NCBI RefSeq assembly: GCF_036321535.1
Contig: NC_087437.1
Location: 15,626,001 to 15,690,000 of the forward strand
Direction of reading: 5' to 3'
Source of the DNA: Camelus dromedarius
Lineage: Eukaryota
DNA: 64,000 bases
Positions within the stretch are counted from its first letter, which is position 1; every line of letters begins with the position of its first letter. The position numbers and the translations under genes are program-made. The notes beneath the pieces are model-generated. The model did not search any database and was not told where the DNA came from. It was given only the letters and a program-made list of their open reading frames with translations. This document shows positions 36,820 to 47,810 of the stretch, in pieces.

Positions 36820-37580
36820 GTGTCTGGTCGCAGCTGGCTGTGTTTTTTCTCTCACACTACACTGCACTCCCAAGACTCAAACCAACACCAGGTGTGTGGG
36901 ATTTTCACACCAAGAAATTCTGACACTAACCGCCTGGAGCTGGCGTCGACCCTGAAGGTTAAGTGCTCAGTCCCACAAGACTGCCCCCCGCTTGAGACAC
37001 AGATCTGAAGTCACAGGTCCCTAGGTGAGCCACATTTCTGTCTGACTTGGCTACAAATTGGAGGTTCCCACCACGCCTCCATAGGTTTAATAATTTGCTA
37101 GAGGGGCTCACAGAACGTAGAAAAATAGTTCATTGCCAATTTATAACAAAGGATAGTGGGTAAGATGAACAGCCTGATGAAGAAAAACACAGGGAGAGGT
37201 CTGGAAGGGTCCCCAGCACAGGAACTTCTGTCCCTTCGAGCTGGGGTGCATCGCCCTCGGGGGCCAACCTGGAAGCTCTCCAGACCCCACGCTTTGGGGA
37301 TGTTTAGGGAGCCTTCCTCCCCTGGCCATGATCCATTAGTAACTCGCTTTCCAGCTCCTCTCCCCTCTCAGGGGGATGCAGGGTGGGCCGAAAGTGCCAA
37401 GCTTCTGATCATGCTTAGTCTTTCTGGTGACCAGCCCTCATCCAGGAGGCCACCAGGGTCCCCTCATTGGCACACCTGTCCTCCTATCACCCAGGACATT
37501 ACAAGGGCTTGAGAAGCCTTTGGGGAACCAGACTCAAACACCACATGTTAGCAGGCCCCAGGGGCAGAGACTAATAATAT
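36820..37580 (-). mobile_element. ERVL-class LTR (MER21-like)
   Basis: Characteristic MER21 text: 'aattctgacactaaccgcctggag...gctcagtcccacaagactgcccc', 'ttggctacaaattggaggttcccac', 'aggtctggaagggtccccagcacagga'. Confidence 0.8.
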
Positions 37581-38460
37581 ACATACACACATATAATAAT
37601 AATAAATTATATAATATATAATAATAATAATAATAATTACTATTTTACAGCTTGACTGTAAAAAACCCAGTGGAACGCCCATGGGTCTGCTTCACAGACA
37701 CATCTGTCTCGTGACCCTTCTGGGAAGGGCCCTCTCTGGCTCGAATGTAGTGGCCGGCAAACTTCACGCTCCAGCCTCCGAGGAAGGGCTTGCAGGAGGC
37801 TGTCCCCCACCAGACCACAGGTATCTGCTGGGACTCTCCTGGTGGAAGGGCCAGGAACTGGAAATGTGGGGCTCCAGAGGGCCCGTGGCTGCACCTGAGG
37901 CTGCCCTGGAAGGAGGAGCGTGGGGCCTGTCAAAAGGTGTAAATGCCAAGTCTGCACTATGTGAACTCTTGGGGTGCCCTGACTCGCTGCTTCGCAGGTG
38001 CCCCTGGCCAGGTCATGGGGCCAGGAAGCCAAGAAGCCCATGACCATAACCCCCCTGTCTGCCCAGCCATCCACCTTGGCATGAGAGGGAAGTCAAAGGT
38101 TGAAAAAGACTGTGCAGGTGAGCTGCCCAGGAGCGGAGCTACCAGCAGGCCCTTGGCCCCAGGAGCTGGGCCCACCCAGAGCCAGGAGCAGAACTAGGAG
38201 GCCGCATTGTGAGCTCCCTCCCTCCTTGACTTTCAAGACAAGCCAAGAGCACTTCCTGGAGCTGCTTTCAGGAACACCCAGATGGCTTTCTGTCTGAGCT
38301 GAGTGGTGTCCAGCTAATGATCATGAGAAAATCATTTGTTTCTTTTTTTAACTGAACGCAACAGCTCTTCAGGTCGACGGCCACTCACATCGTGTAGATT
38401 TGCACACAGGTGCTCCCTTCCTAATAAGGCACATCTCAGTGACGCATTCCTGTCAGGAGG

Positions 38461-38600
38461 CCACCACCTCCACCTCCATTTTCACCTCCACCTCCACCAC
38501 CTCTACCACCGTCATCACCTCCACCTCTACCCTCCCGTCCCCCACTACCTCCACCACCATCTCCACCACCTCTACCACCATCCCTCTCACCCTCACTACC
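38461..38600 (+). repeat. (CCACCT/CAC)n degenerate simple repeat
   Basis: Directly visible. Produces the His-rich and Thr-rich pseudo-ORFs in the track. Confidence 0.9.
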
Positions 38601-40084
38601 CAAAAAATTTGTCCTCCACCTCGGAGACCCTCAGCCTTCAAATTAGCAGCAGATGGAATTGGGGCAGACTGCAGTCAGAGGGGCACACACCATGGATTCA
38701 GAGCAGCAGCCCCTTTCCCTCCTCTTCGTGAGCCTGTTCTGTGTTAGAGTGATGTCCAGGCTTCCCCCTCTACCAAGCTTCCAGCCCTAATGCTTGCAGC
38801 CCTTGTAATGCAAGAGTCTGACTGTGCAGTAATGACGGGGGGCTCTCGGCCCGGCTTGCCCTTTAGCTGGCTTACCCTGTCCGGCTGCGCCAGGCTGTTG
38901 ACAGCTGCTGTCTGATTGGATTGATCAGCCCCTGCGTGGGGTGGATCATTAAATATTTTGCATAACACCAGTGCTGCCCAGGCTCACTGTGACTCAGTTC
39001 ACATTACTTGTTGATGAGGCTGATGGTGATTTCAGTCATGATAAAGCTCTTTAGTCTTTGTTCCAGTTCCAGGGGGACTAAAACACCGAGGTAATTGGAT
39101 CAAAGACTTTAGGTAAATATAGAGCCAGCGCATGTTAAAAAGTTGGAATTTGGGGACTGGCAATTTCTGAGCACAAGCAAAGGGTTTCAACTATTATCAA
39201 CTAGATAACTCAAAGCAAATATGATTTTTCAGGCTCTCTGAGCTATGTTCACAGACAGCTTTGCAAGTTGTTTGCCTCCAATACGGAATACTCCTCCTAA
39301 ATCCACACGCGGCCCCTCTGCATCTAAAATTTAACCTTGGGGGAAAAATCAGTTCTAACTAGTGGATATCTGATTTGATAAGAGCACTTGGGGAAATGCT
39401 CTGGAGGATCTTGGATGCCCACAATCTGAGCTTTTATCACGAAGAGAACAGTGAGAACCAACGAAGAAAGTCAGGCAGTGGTTCAACATTGTAAGGTAGT
39501 TCCTTAAAGAGTCAGCCTTGGGAAAGAGATGGTACTCCTGAAAAGAGCAGTGAATTCCCCCTTTCACGTGAGAGGATGGCATGGCTGGTCGGCAACGCCA
39601 TGCTGTGCTGTGGGTAAATGGACCGCTCATAGCTGCCTGGAGGGAATATAAACTCTTCCGACACATTCAGGGGGCATTTTGGGACCACCTAATAAAGTGG
39701 AAATGTACATGCCCCATGATCCAGCTCAGATCTCACAGAGACTGTTTATCACAGTAGAGTTTGTAAAGCTCACCAACTGGGACGTGTCTGTGGCTGGGAT
39801 GGTTGTACCCATCATGGCCTCCTCCCTCCTGCACTGGAGTTCTACGTGGTGGTTACCACGGACGTACTAGATCTTCATGAATGGTGATTCCTCTGTGGAG
39901 AGAGAGAACTGGGGAGGGATTCACATAGATCATCGATCATCTGTAATAGTTTACTTTCTTTAAAAAAAAGATCTGAAGCAAACATAGAAAAATTTTAACC
40001 TTTATTCACTTCCAGTGGTAGGTATTTCTTACGTTTTGGGTATCAACAGTGCTGTTCTGTGTGTTTGAAATATTTCATAATGAA

Positions 40085-40183
40085 AAGGATACACGTGCCC
40101 CAGTGTTCATAGCAGCATTATTTACAATAGCCAAGATATAGAAGTAACCTAAGTGTACATCAACAGATGACTGGATAAAGAAG

Positions 40184-40231
<48 letters not shown>

Positions 40232-40709
40232 ATATATATATTTAAAACTAAATGTTACTCAGCCATAAAAAAGGATGAAATTTTGGCATTTGCAACAACA
40301 TGAATGGACTTGGAGTGTATTATGCTTAGCAAAATAAGTCAGAGAAAGACAAATACTTAATGTATCACTTATATGTGGAATCTAAAAAGTAAAGCTAACT
40401 AGTGAATATAACAAAAAAGAAGCAGATTCACAGATATATAGAACAAACTGGTGATTATCAGTGGGGAGGAGAAGTGGGAGGGACAACATAGGAGTAAGGA
40501 ATTAAGAGGTACACACTGCTATGTACGAAAGAAATAAACTACAAGGGTATGTTTGTATAGTATTGGAAATGTAGCCACTATTTTATAATAACTATAAATG
40601 AAATATAATTTACAAAAATATTGAATCACTATGTTGTACACCTGAAGCAAATATAATGTTGTACATCAACTTTACCTCAGTTAAAATTTTTTTAAAAATG
40701 AAAAAAAAA
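40085..40709 (+). mobile_element. L1 3' end (ORF2 C-terminus and 3' UTR) with internal (TG)n at about 40185-40225
   Basis: 'gtgttcatagcagcattatttacaatagccaagat', 'tttgcaacaacatgaatggacttggag', 'gaatcactatgttgtacacctgaa' and an A tail. Confidence 0.88.
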
Positions 40710-41225
40710 GTTTACATTAAAACTTATACATGGATGTTCATAGTAGCATTACTTATAATAGTCAAAAAGTGGGAACTACTCAAATATCCATTAACTGATG
40801 AATGGATAAACAAGCTGTGTTGTATCCATTACAATGGAATATTATTTAGGCATAAAAAGGAATAGAGTGCTGATATATACAACATGGGTGAAAAAATTAC
40901 AAGTGAAAGAAACCAGATACTCAAGTCCACATATTTTGTGATTTCATTTACATGCAATGACCAGAATGGGCAAGTACGTAGAGAAAAAAAAAGTAGATGA
41001 GTGGTTTCTAGGGGCTGAGGGTAGATGGAAACGGGAGAGGATTGCAAATGGGGATGGGGTTTTGGTGGAACGGTGAGGGAAATGTCCTGGAATTAGATAG
41101 TGATAATAGTTGCACAATCTTGTGAATAATGTTTAAAAAAATTAAAGTGTGATTGTACACTTCTAAAGGGTGAATTTTATAAGTGAATTATACCCCCATT
41201 TTTTCAAAAAAAGGATAAAAAAAAA
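40710..41225 (+). mobile_element. Older L1MB-like 3' fragment
   Basis: 'tccattaactgatgaatggataaacaa', 'ggaattagatagtgataatagttgcacaatcttgtgaata'. ORF 40656..40865 gives an L1 ORF2 C-terminus-like peptide. Confidence 0.8.
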
Positions 41226-43639
41226 GGTGAATCTGTTTGAGGATGGAGTCGACGGTGAGGACTCAGGGGTAGAGGGGGAGAAACCAGATCTTGTGATCTT
41301 ACTCGAATCCTTGTATCTGGTTGTGCCAGAAGTCAGACTACTTTGGAATGTTTCAGTTCTGTGAGCCAACAAATTCTCTGCTTCTTAGGTCAGGGTGGAT
41401 CAGGTTTTCTGTCACTTACCCCCAAAGGCACCTAGGCTGGCACACGTGCCCTCTGACTTCCTGGGAGCCTGCACTTTTCCTCTTGTTTCTCCACCTCTGC
41501 CTCTGTTGGCTTCTGCTTCATGCTTCTCCCATTTAAAAATTTTTTCTCCTCAAGTCCACTTCACACCTTTCTCTCTTCCCCATTTCACTCAAACCTTCCT
41601 AAGAGTGACCAAACCTTGCTATTCTGTTTCCTCGCGGTCCCTTTCCCTCTTGACTTGGGGTCGTGGCCCCCTGCTCCCTGGCTGCTCTACTGCCCCCCTG
41701 TGGCCAGTTCCCAGGATGTCCTGCCCGCCACTGTCCTGGTCCTCCCTTCTTCTATCTGGGAGGGCTCAGATCTCTGGGTTGCCCTCTGATTTCTGCTTCT
41801 CCACTTCTTGGCGGTCCCTGCCTGGTCTACTCACCCCAGGACATTTGCACTTCCCTTGACTTTGTGTGAGACCTCCACTCTGCTCCTTCTCCCTGGGGAG
41901 CTGCCTCCACGCTCTTGCCTCGCAGCTTAATTCCTCACAAGCACAACCTTGCCTGTGCTTGTCTTCCTCTGACCCCTTTCTCTTTTGGAAGCACCTCCAT
42001 GGACCTTGTCACCTCTCCTCCTCTTCATGCAGTCACCCAGTCATGCTGTGCCAGGTCCCCTCCTGAGCATTCTCGGTGTCCCTGCACTCTTGGCAGCCCC
42101 ATCACTATGGTCTCCAGGCCATTTGGCTCCTGGGGGACTTTGCCTTTGACGTTGTCTCCTCTGGTTCCACCTCTTGCTGTGCTCAGATTTGAGTAAGCCA
42201 CTCCCTGCGCAAACCCACATGGGGTCAAGTCCAAGCCCTTGGTGGGGCTCTGGGCCCCAGGTGCTGACTTGTACCTGCTTCTCAGATGCACTTCTGCTCA
42301 TCTCTGTGTCTGCTTCTGCTCCTCCGACCCAGAGCTGCCATGGGTTGCCATGGGGACCACACTGCCCCACATCTCTCTACACATGGAGTCCTCCAACCCC
42401 AGCCCCTTTCCCATGACATTCTCACTCTTCCTTTATGATTGGACCAGGGGACGTCTTCTTAGAGATGCCTTTGTGAACACCCTAGCCCTCCACCCCCAGT
42501 CACACCAGGTCACGGGCTCTTCCTGGTTTCCGTAACTGCTCAGGCTTTATCTCTGCGAGGCTAGTTATAACATCATTTAGGTAGTTTTCACATCTGTGCA
42601 TGCTGTGTGCTTCTGGAGGGCCAGGCTGTGTGTTCCTGAAGGCCAGCATAGTGCCAGAACACTCCAGAAGCTCAGTCAAGGTTTAATGAAGGAACAGGAC
42701 GAACTAGAATGACTATGGCTCCCTGGTTACTGGCTACATGCCAGGCACCCTCTAAGGACTCTTCACATGTGAATTCATTTAACCCCCACAACCACCTGTG
42801 TAGTAGGCACCACAATGGCTCCTATTTTACAGGAGGGTGCTGAGGCACAAATAAGGCTAAGCAGCTTGCCCAAAGTTGTGCAGAGCTCTGGGGGCTGGCC
42901 CATGCCCACCACACTGTGCTGCTTCTACAGCCCTGCCCATGCCCATCGCTGACCTCTACCCTGTATCACCTCCACCAGGAATGCCAGGGCCTGGGGACCT
43001 CCTCCACCTTGCTGGGGACCCAGCTTAGACTCCTCTTGTACCTGCACGACTCGTGCTTAGCCCAACTCGACCTCCTCGCCCCAGCAGCGAATATGCCCTT
43101 TACAGATGGCGTTCATCAGAACAGAGCACGGCACCCCAGAGCTCATTCCAGGCCCAGCACAAGCTGCTTGTTGCCTCCCAAAGAGAGCTGGTGACACAGA
43201 GGCCCATCAGACACAGGCCGTTAAGAAACACCACCATCCACATCCTTGTCTTTGGAAATGCCATCTTCTTGTGGGGGTGTGTTCGTTTACTTGAAAGGAA
43301 AAAGAGATGTAAGTTTTAATGACTTTCATTTACTTGGAATAATGACAGTTCCCAACGTGCTGCCGCTTCTTTGCTGTGTCTTATTTGATCTCTCTGCTTT
43401 CCTGCATAGTGTTCAGGACAGGTTGGCCTCATTTCACTGAAGAAACAACTGAATGTCAGCAATACTGGGTGCTGCCCCCTAGGTCCTCAGCGCCCGGTTT
43501 GCTGGCTCAAGCTTGCATTCATTCCCGATCATTCTAAACACCTCCAGCCACCGGTCGACCCACAGTACCCGTCATTCAGCTGGCGGGTGGCAGAGGAAGC
43601 CCTGTACTCAGACATCAGCTCTGTCCAGTGCCCTGCATA

Positions 43640-43953
43640 TGAAGATAGAATCTTTAGAGAAGTGGCTGAGATAAAAGGAAGCCATTAGGATGGGTCTTAA
43701 TCCAATAAGATTAGTGTCCTTATAAGAGAGGAAGAGACCCCAGGGATGCACCCACACAGAGTAAAGGCTACATGAGGACACACAGAAAGGCAGCCACCTG
43801 CGACCCAGACAGAGAGGCCTCGGGAGAAACCAGCCCTGCCGACACTTTGACCTTGGACTTTAGCATCCAGACCTGTAAGAAAATAAAATTCTGTGATTGA
43901 AGCCCCAAAGTCTGTGGTATTTTGTTATAGCAATTCTAGAAAACTCAGACACA
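43640..43953 (+). mobile_element. MaLR LTR 3' part (MLT1A/B-like)
   Basis: 'taatccaataagattagtgtccttataagagagg', 'gagaggcctcgggagaaaccagccctgccgacactttgaccttggact', 'gtctgtggtattttgttatagca'. Confidence 0.85.
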
Positions 43954-45245
43954 CATATATTTTCAAGTTCTGTTGAGTCCTGTGACCATTTATTTACATT
44001 CAGTCTTTCAATAGTCCTAGTCTTGTCAACACTGTTGTTTGCCCAAACACTGGCTACTGGGGGATGGGCTCCATCACTCACATCAAAGTGACCCTTAAAG
44101 GGGCCGTGCATTGTCCCGAGTACTGATGAGCAGAGCTCTGGACAATGCCGAGCACGTCCAGCTTGGCCACTCGCTCCCCAGGGGTCTGGGGGAGACAAGT
44201 AGACTTGACCGAGCCTCGGTTTGCTCCTCTGCAAGATGAGTGTGTCTCAGCATAGGCTCAGTTCCCTTCCAACTCAAGAATGCCATCAGTTCCTGATGGG
44301 AGACCGTACAAGATCTCAGGCTCAGTGATGCTATGGCATTCATGTTTCAGGTTGGGAGGGTCCACATCCCCCTACTGATCTCTTTCTGTTGAAAGGCTGA
44401 AATACGCAAGGCTCTTTGGTTCCTTTGTGGGACTGGAGCTGGTGACTCGGCGAGAAGGCTCAAAGGGATCTAAAAGTGGCTGGAACTGCCAGCTCACAGG
44501 AGAGGTGGCAGGAGTTTTACGAGGACTTCAGCGAGTGCCTTTGAAACTTTCTGCTCTTCAAGTCTGTTTAAAGCTCGCTTCTGAAGCCTGATATCTTTCA
44601 ACTCGGGTATCTTAATTCTTCCCTCCTGCCCTGGGGGCTGAGCCCAGAGGAGCTTTGCAGGACAGCGGCACTTGTGAGTGAAGCCCTGGGACAGGTGGCA
44701 CTTGGGACAGGAGCCTGGGAACACGCGGGGGCGGGCCTCTGAGCAGGACGAGGTTCAAGGATGGGGAGAGCTGGGGGCGGGCAGGCAGGTGGACCCTGTG
44801 AAGGCCCAGGTCCTTTAAGGGGCCCTCTGGTATTGAGGTCAGAGCCAGGAAAGCACGTCTTTTGAGGCAGACTCCAAGAAAGGGGAGCTGAAGAGGCGGT
44901 GGAGTTAGCCTTCTGTGGCCTCTGGAATGAGAACATGTCACTTTGTTCTGTGGCACCTTGTAAACTGTGAAGTGAGGGCCGGTTACCCTGCCCCTTAGGG
45001 GATGACTCGCGAACGCGTGGCCAGCAGGCATGCTGGCCAAGCACAGATGGGAAGGCTAGAAGCTGCCGAAGGTCACTTAAGGCAAGGGACCTTCATCTTG
45101 GGGTACATGTGGCCCTAAGAGGCCCAGAGAGGGACTTCACAGAGTCCGACACACATGCAAATGTGTGGTCATTTTGGCAGGGGTGAAGACCATAGCTTTA
45201 ATTAGATTCCCAAATATGTCTGACCCTTCAAAGGTTCAGAAGCTC

Positions 45246-45335
45246 GGGATGGGGGTATAGCTCAGTGCTGGAGTGTGTGCTTAGCATGCACGAGGTCCTG
45301 GGTTCAATCTCCAGTACCTTCGTTTAAAAAAAAAA
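45246..45335 (+). mobile_element. Retroposed tRNA-Ala(AGC)-derived SINE (vic-1-like, short form)
   Basis: GGGGGTATAGCTCAGTG...CTTAGCATGCACGAGGTCCTGGGTTCAATCTCCAGTACC followed by polyA. Flanked by a 16-bp TSD aaaggtt(c/a)agaagctc. Confidence 0.88.
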
Positions 45336-46454
45336 AGGTTAAGAAGCTCTAATTTGGGATGAAATATGGTGAATGTTAAATTAGAACCTGGAATGTTTTC
45401 CAGAAGGAAGACTGCCAAGAAGTTATGGCAGGAGATGGTGGAATCTGGGACAGGGGGTCAGTGTGAAAACTATTTAGAGATTATCCATCACTGGAGACGG
45501 TGGTGGGAGAGTGAGTGGATCCAGGGGCTGGTGCTGGCTCTGGGCACAGAAATAGATTCCAAGAGGAGGAAGGACACCTAAGAGAGTAGCCTTGTGCCAC
45601 TTGGTGAGGCAGAAATTGTATATGTAAGAACTCAGTCAGTTCTCACGGCTACCACTTGACATTTGAAGAAACTGAGGCCCAGAGACGTTGGAAATTAGCC
45701 CGAAGTCAACTGGCTAACAAACAAATCTTGCGAGAGCAGCAAGCCAGCCCTGCTGGGGCCCTTTGCCCACTCTCACTGTACTCTGCAAGCCCCTTTGGGG
45801 GTATATACCTCCCAGTTGGCCGACCCACCTATTCTGGTTCTGCAGCCAGTGAGCAGCTTGGGGTTTAGAGGGAGCGTCTTCTGGGAAGGAGTTCTCTGAG
45901 CGATGCCCGGGACTAGGGCTCTCATCTAATCCAGCTCCTATTACACACAGTAAATGGTCTTTCTGCATCATCAGTTGGCTTCATTTAAGAATAGTTTCGG
46001 AGAATTGGTTCCCAAATCCTGTTATTTCTGAGTGTCCGTGGGGAATTGAGTTCTGGGTCAGTTGGTCATTCTGGATATCTTTTAGCTAAAACAGACATAA
46101 TTGGGGAATGAATCTGCAGTTGTATTGGCGAGCAGGTCATACTGGATACCCAGAAGAGCACGCTTACCCTCGGAGTTGCAAATCATCATTAACTAGACAT
46201 CCTGGTCCTGGAAGCCAACAGTAAAAGCTCCAAAGGAAGGAATCTGTGGGGGACTCAGGAGTGGGCAGGCATAGCAGAAGTAAGCTGTGTGATCTTTCCC
46301 TCCTGAAGTGCCACTTTTACAACGCCACTATGAATAAGCATTGACTTGCAACCTACATGATGTGAAATATTTTTGAGTATTTCATGCTTTGACCCCATGT
46401 GTTCATCCAGCCATCCAAGCAGCCATCTGTCTGGCACTGAAGAGTCCATGAGGA

Positions 46455-46635
46455 ATAATGATGATGAAGATGATAATGAAGATTTATCCTGTGCTTCCTA
46501 CATGCTGGGCACAGTTCTGAGGACCTCACTCATTCAGTACTCCCAACAACACTGGGAGGAAGGTACTACTATTATCCCCATTTTACAGATGAGGAAACTG
46601 AGCAACAAAGAGATTAAGTGACGCATCTAGGATGC
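46455..46635. mobile_element. MIR SINE
   Basis: 'ggtactactattatccccattttacagatgaggaaactgag...agagattaagtgac'. Further MIR fragments are seen near 14.0, 22.7, 25.8, 29.8, 33.8, 35.8, 42.8, 48.8 and 58.3 kb. Confidence 0.85.
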
Positions 46636-47339
46636 TCATGTAGGCAGGAGTGGGAGGAGGGATGGGAGATAGTGGGCAGGTGTCCAGCTTGGCAGCTGGG
46701 GTGACAGTCATTGAAGGGCTTTGAGTCGGGACCCTAGAATCCATTGACAAAGGCCCCTAGAGTCTACAGATACAGTCTGTTTTTAAACCTCTGGAGATTG
46801 TTAAACTGTGATGATGCCTCTCCCACCTCTGAAAGGTTTTTGGATTAAAAGGCTGAATGAAGTAGATTGGCTACAGCTACAGCCAGGCAGTACTCATTAA
46901 AAGGCAGGTGCAGTGAGGGGGAGGTGGTGGAAGGTTTCAGGCACCAGAAACTAGCAGATGACACATCTTCACGATGATTGTGGTTTTATGTTTTGCTAAA
47001 GCAAAGCAATCTTGCATGGTTCTCCTTATCCGAAATTTGATTAAAGTTTTAAAAGTTTTATTTTAATGTTTTGAATCCACTCTCTTGAAGAAAACAGTTT
47101 GTATCTAAATCTGAGTGTGAAGGTTGCTAAGAGACTATTCATAGAAGTATACAATTTGAGGGCAGGAAAGGGCCTGGAAATTGGGTCCCATGCTCTAATT
47201 TCATGAGGACACTTGACTATGACTTGTTCAAGGTCAGACAGCAAGAATTTGATGCTCATTAGGAGTAACCTATGTCTTTTACATAAGACCAAGAACTAAA
47301 TAATAAGAGAAGGAAAATCATTTTTTTAAAGGTTGAGAT

Positions 47340-47810
47340 ATGTTATCAACCCGAACTCCATCAGTTACAGGTGATAGAAAAACCAACTGACGTCTTCAAG
47401 CAAAAATAGAGAATATATCCCTTGTTCATGTGAGTGAAAAATCCCGGACCCTGGTTTAAGACATGGGGCTCAAGTGATATAATAAGGACTTGATCTGTCT
47501 CTCACCCTGTTTCCTCTTTCCATATTTGCTTCATTTTTAGGCAGGTTCTTTTCATAAGCCACCAAAATTGTCCCAGCACCTCCAAGATGGCTTACATGAA
47601 AGAATGTTCCTTCGGTCCAGCTGGACCAAGTTAGGTCTCCCCTCCATCCTTGGACCAATCACAGTTGCCAAGAGCGATGCCAGGTGCTGACTGGATGCCT
47701 GAATATAAGAGACACACTTATCGTGTTGGCTCCACTAATCAGAGCCCTCACTGGAGCTGGAGCTGGTCCAGGGGCTAGGTCACATGGCTGAAGTGGAGGA
47801 GGGAAGGAGT
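47340..47810 (-). mobile_element. Old MaLR LTR (MLT1K/L-like)
   Basis: 'cagttacaggtgatagaaaaaccaact', 'ccttggaccaatcacagttgccaag...gctgactgg'. Confidence 0.55.

Noticed and set aside
38336..38747. His-rich and Thr-rich (mucin-like) ORFs
   Set aside because: Derived from the (CCACCT)n repeat.
45250..45322. Functional tRNA-Ala gene
   Set aside because: The D-loop GG is altered, there are stem mismatches, and the polyA tail and TSDs indicate a retroposed SINE.
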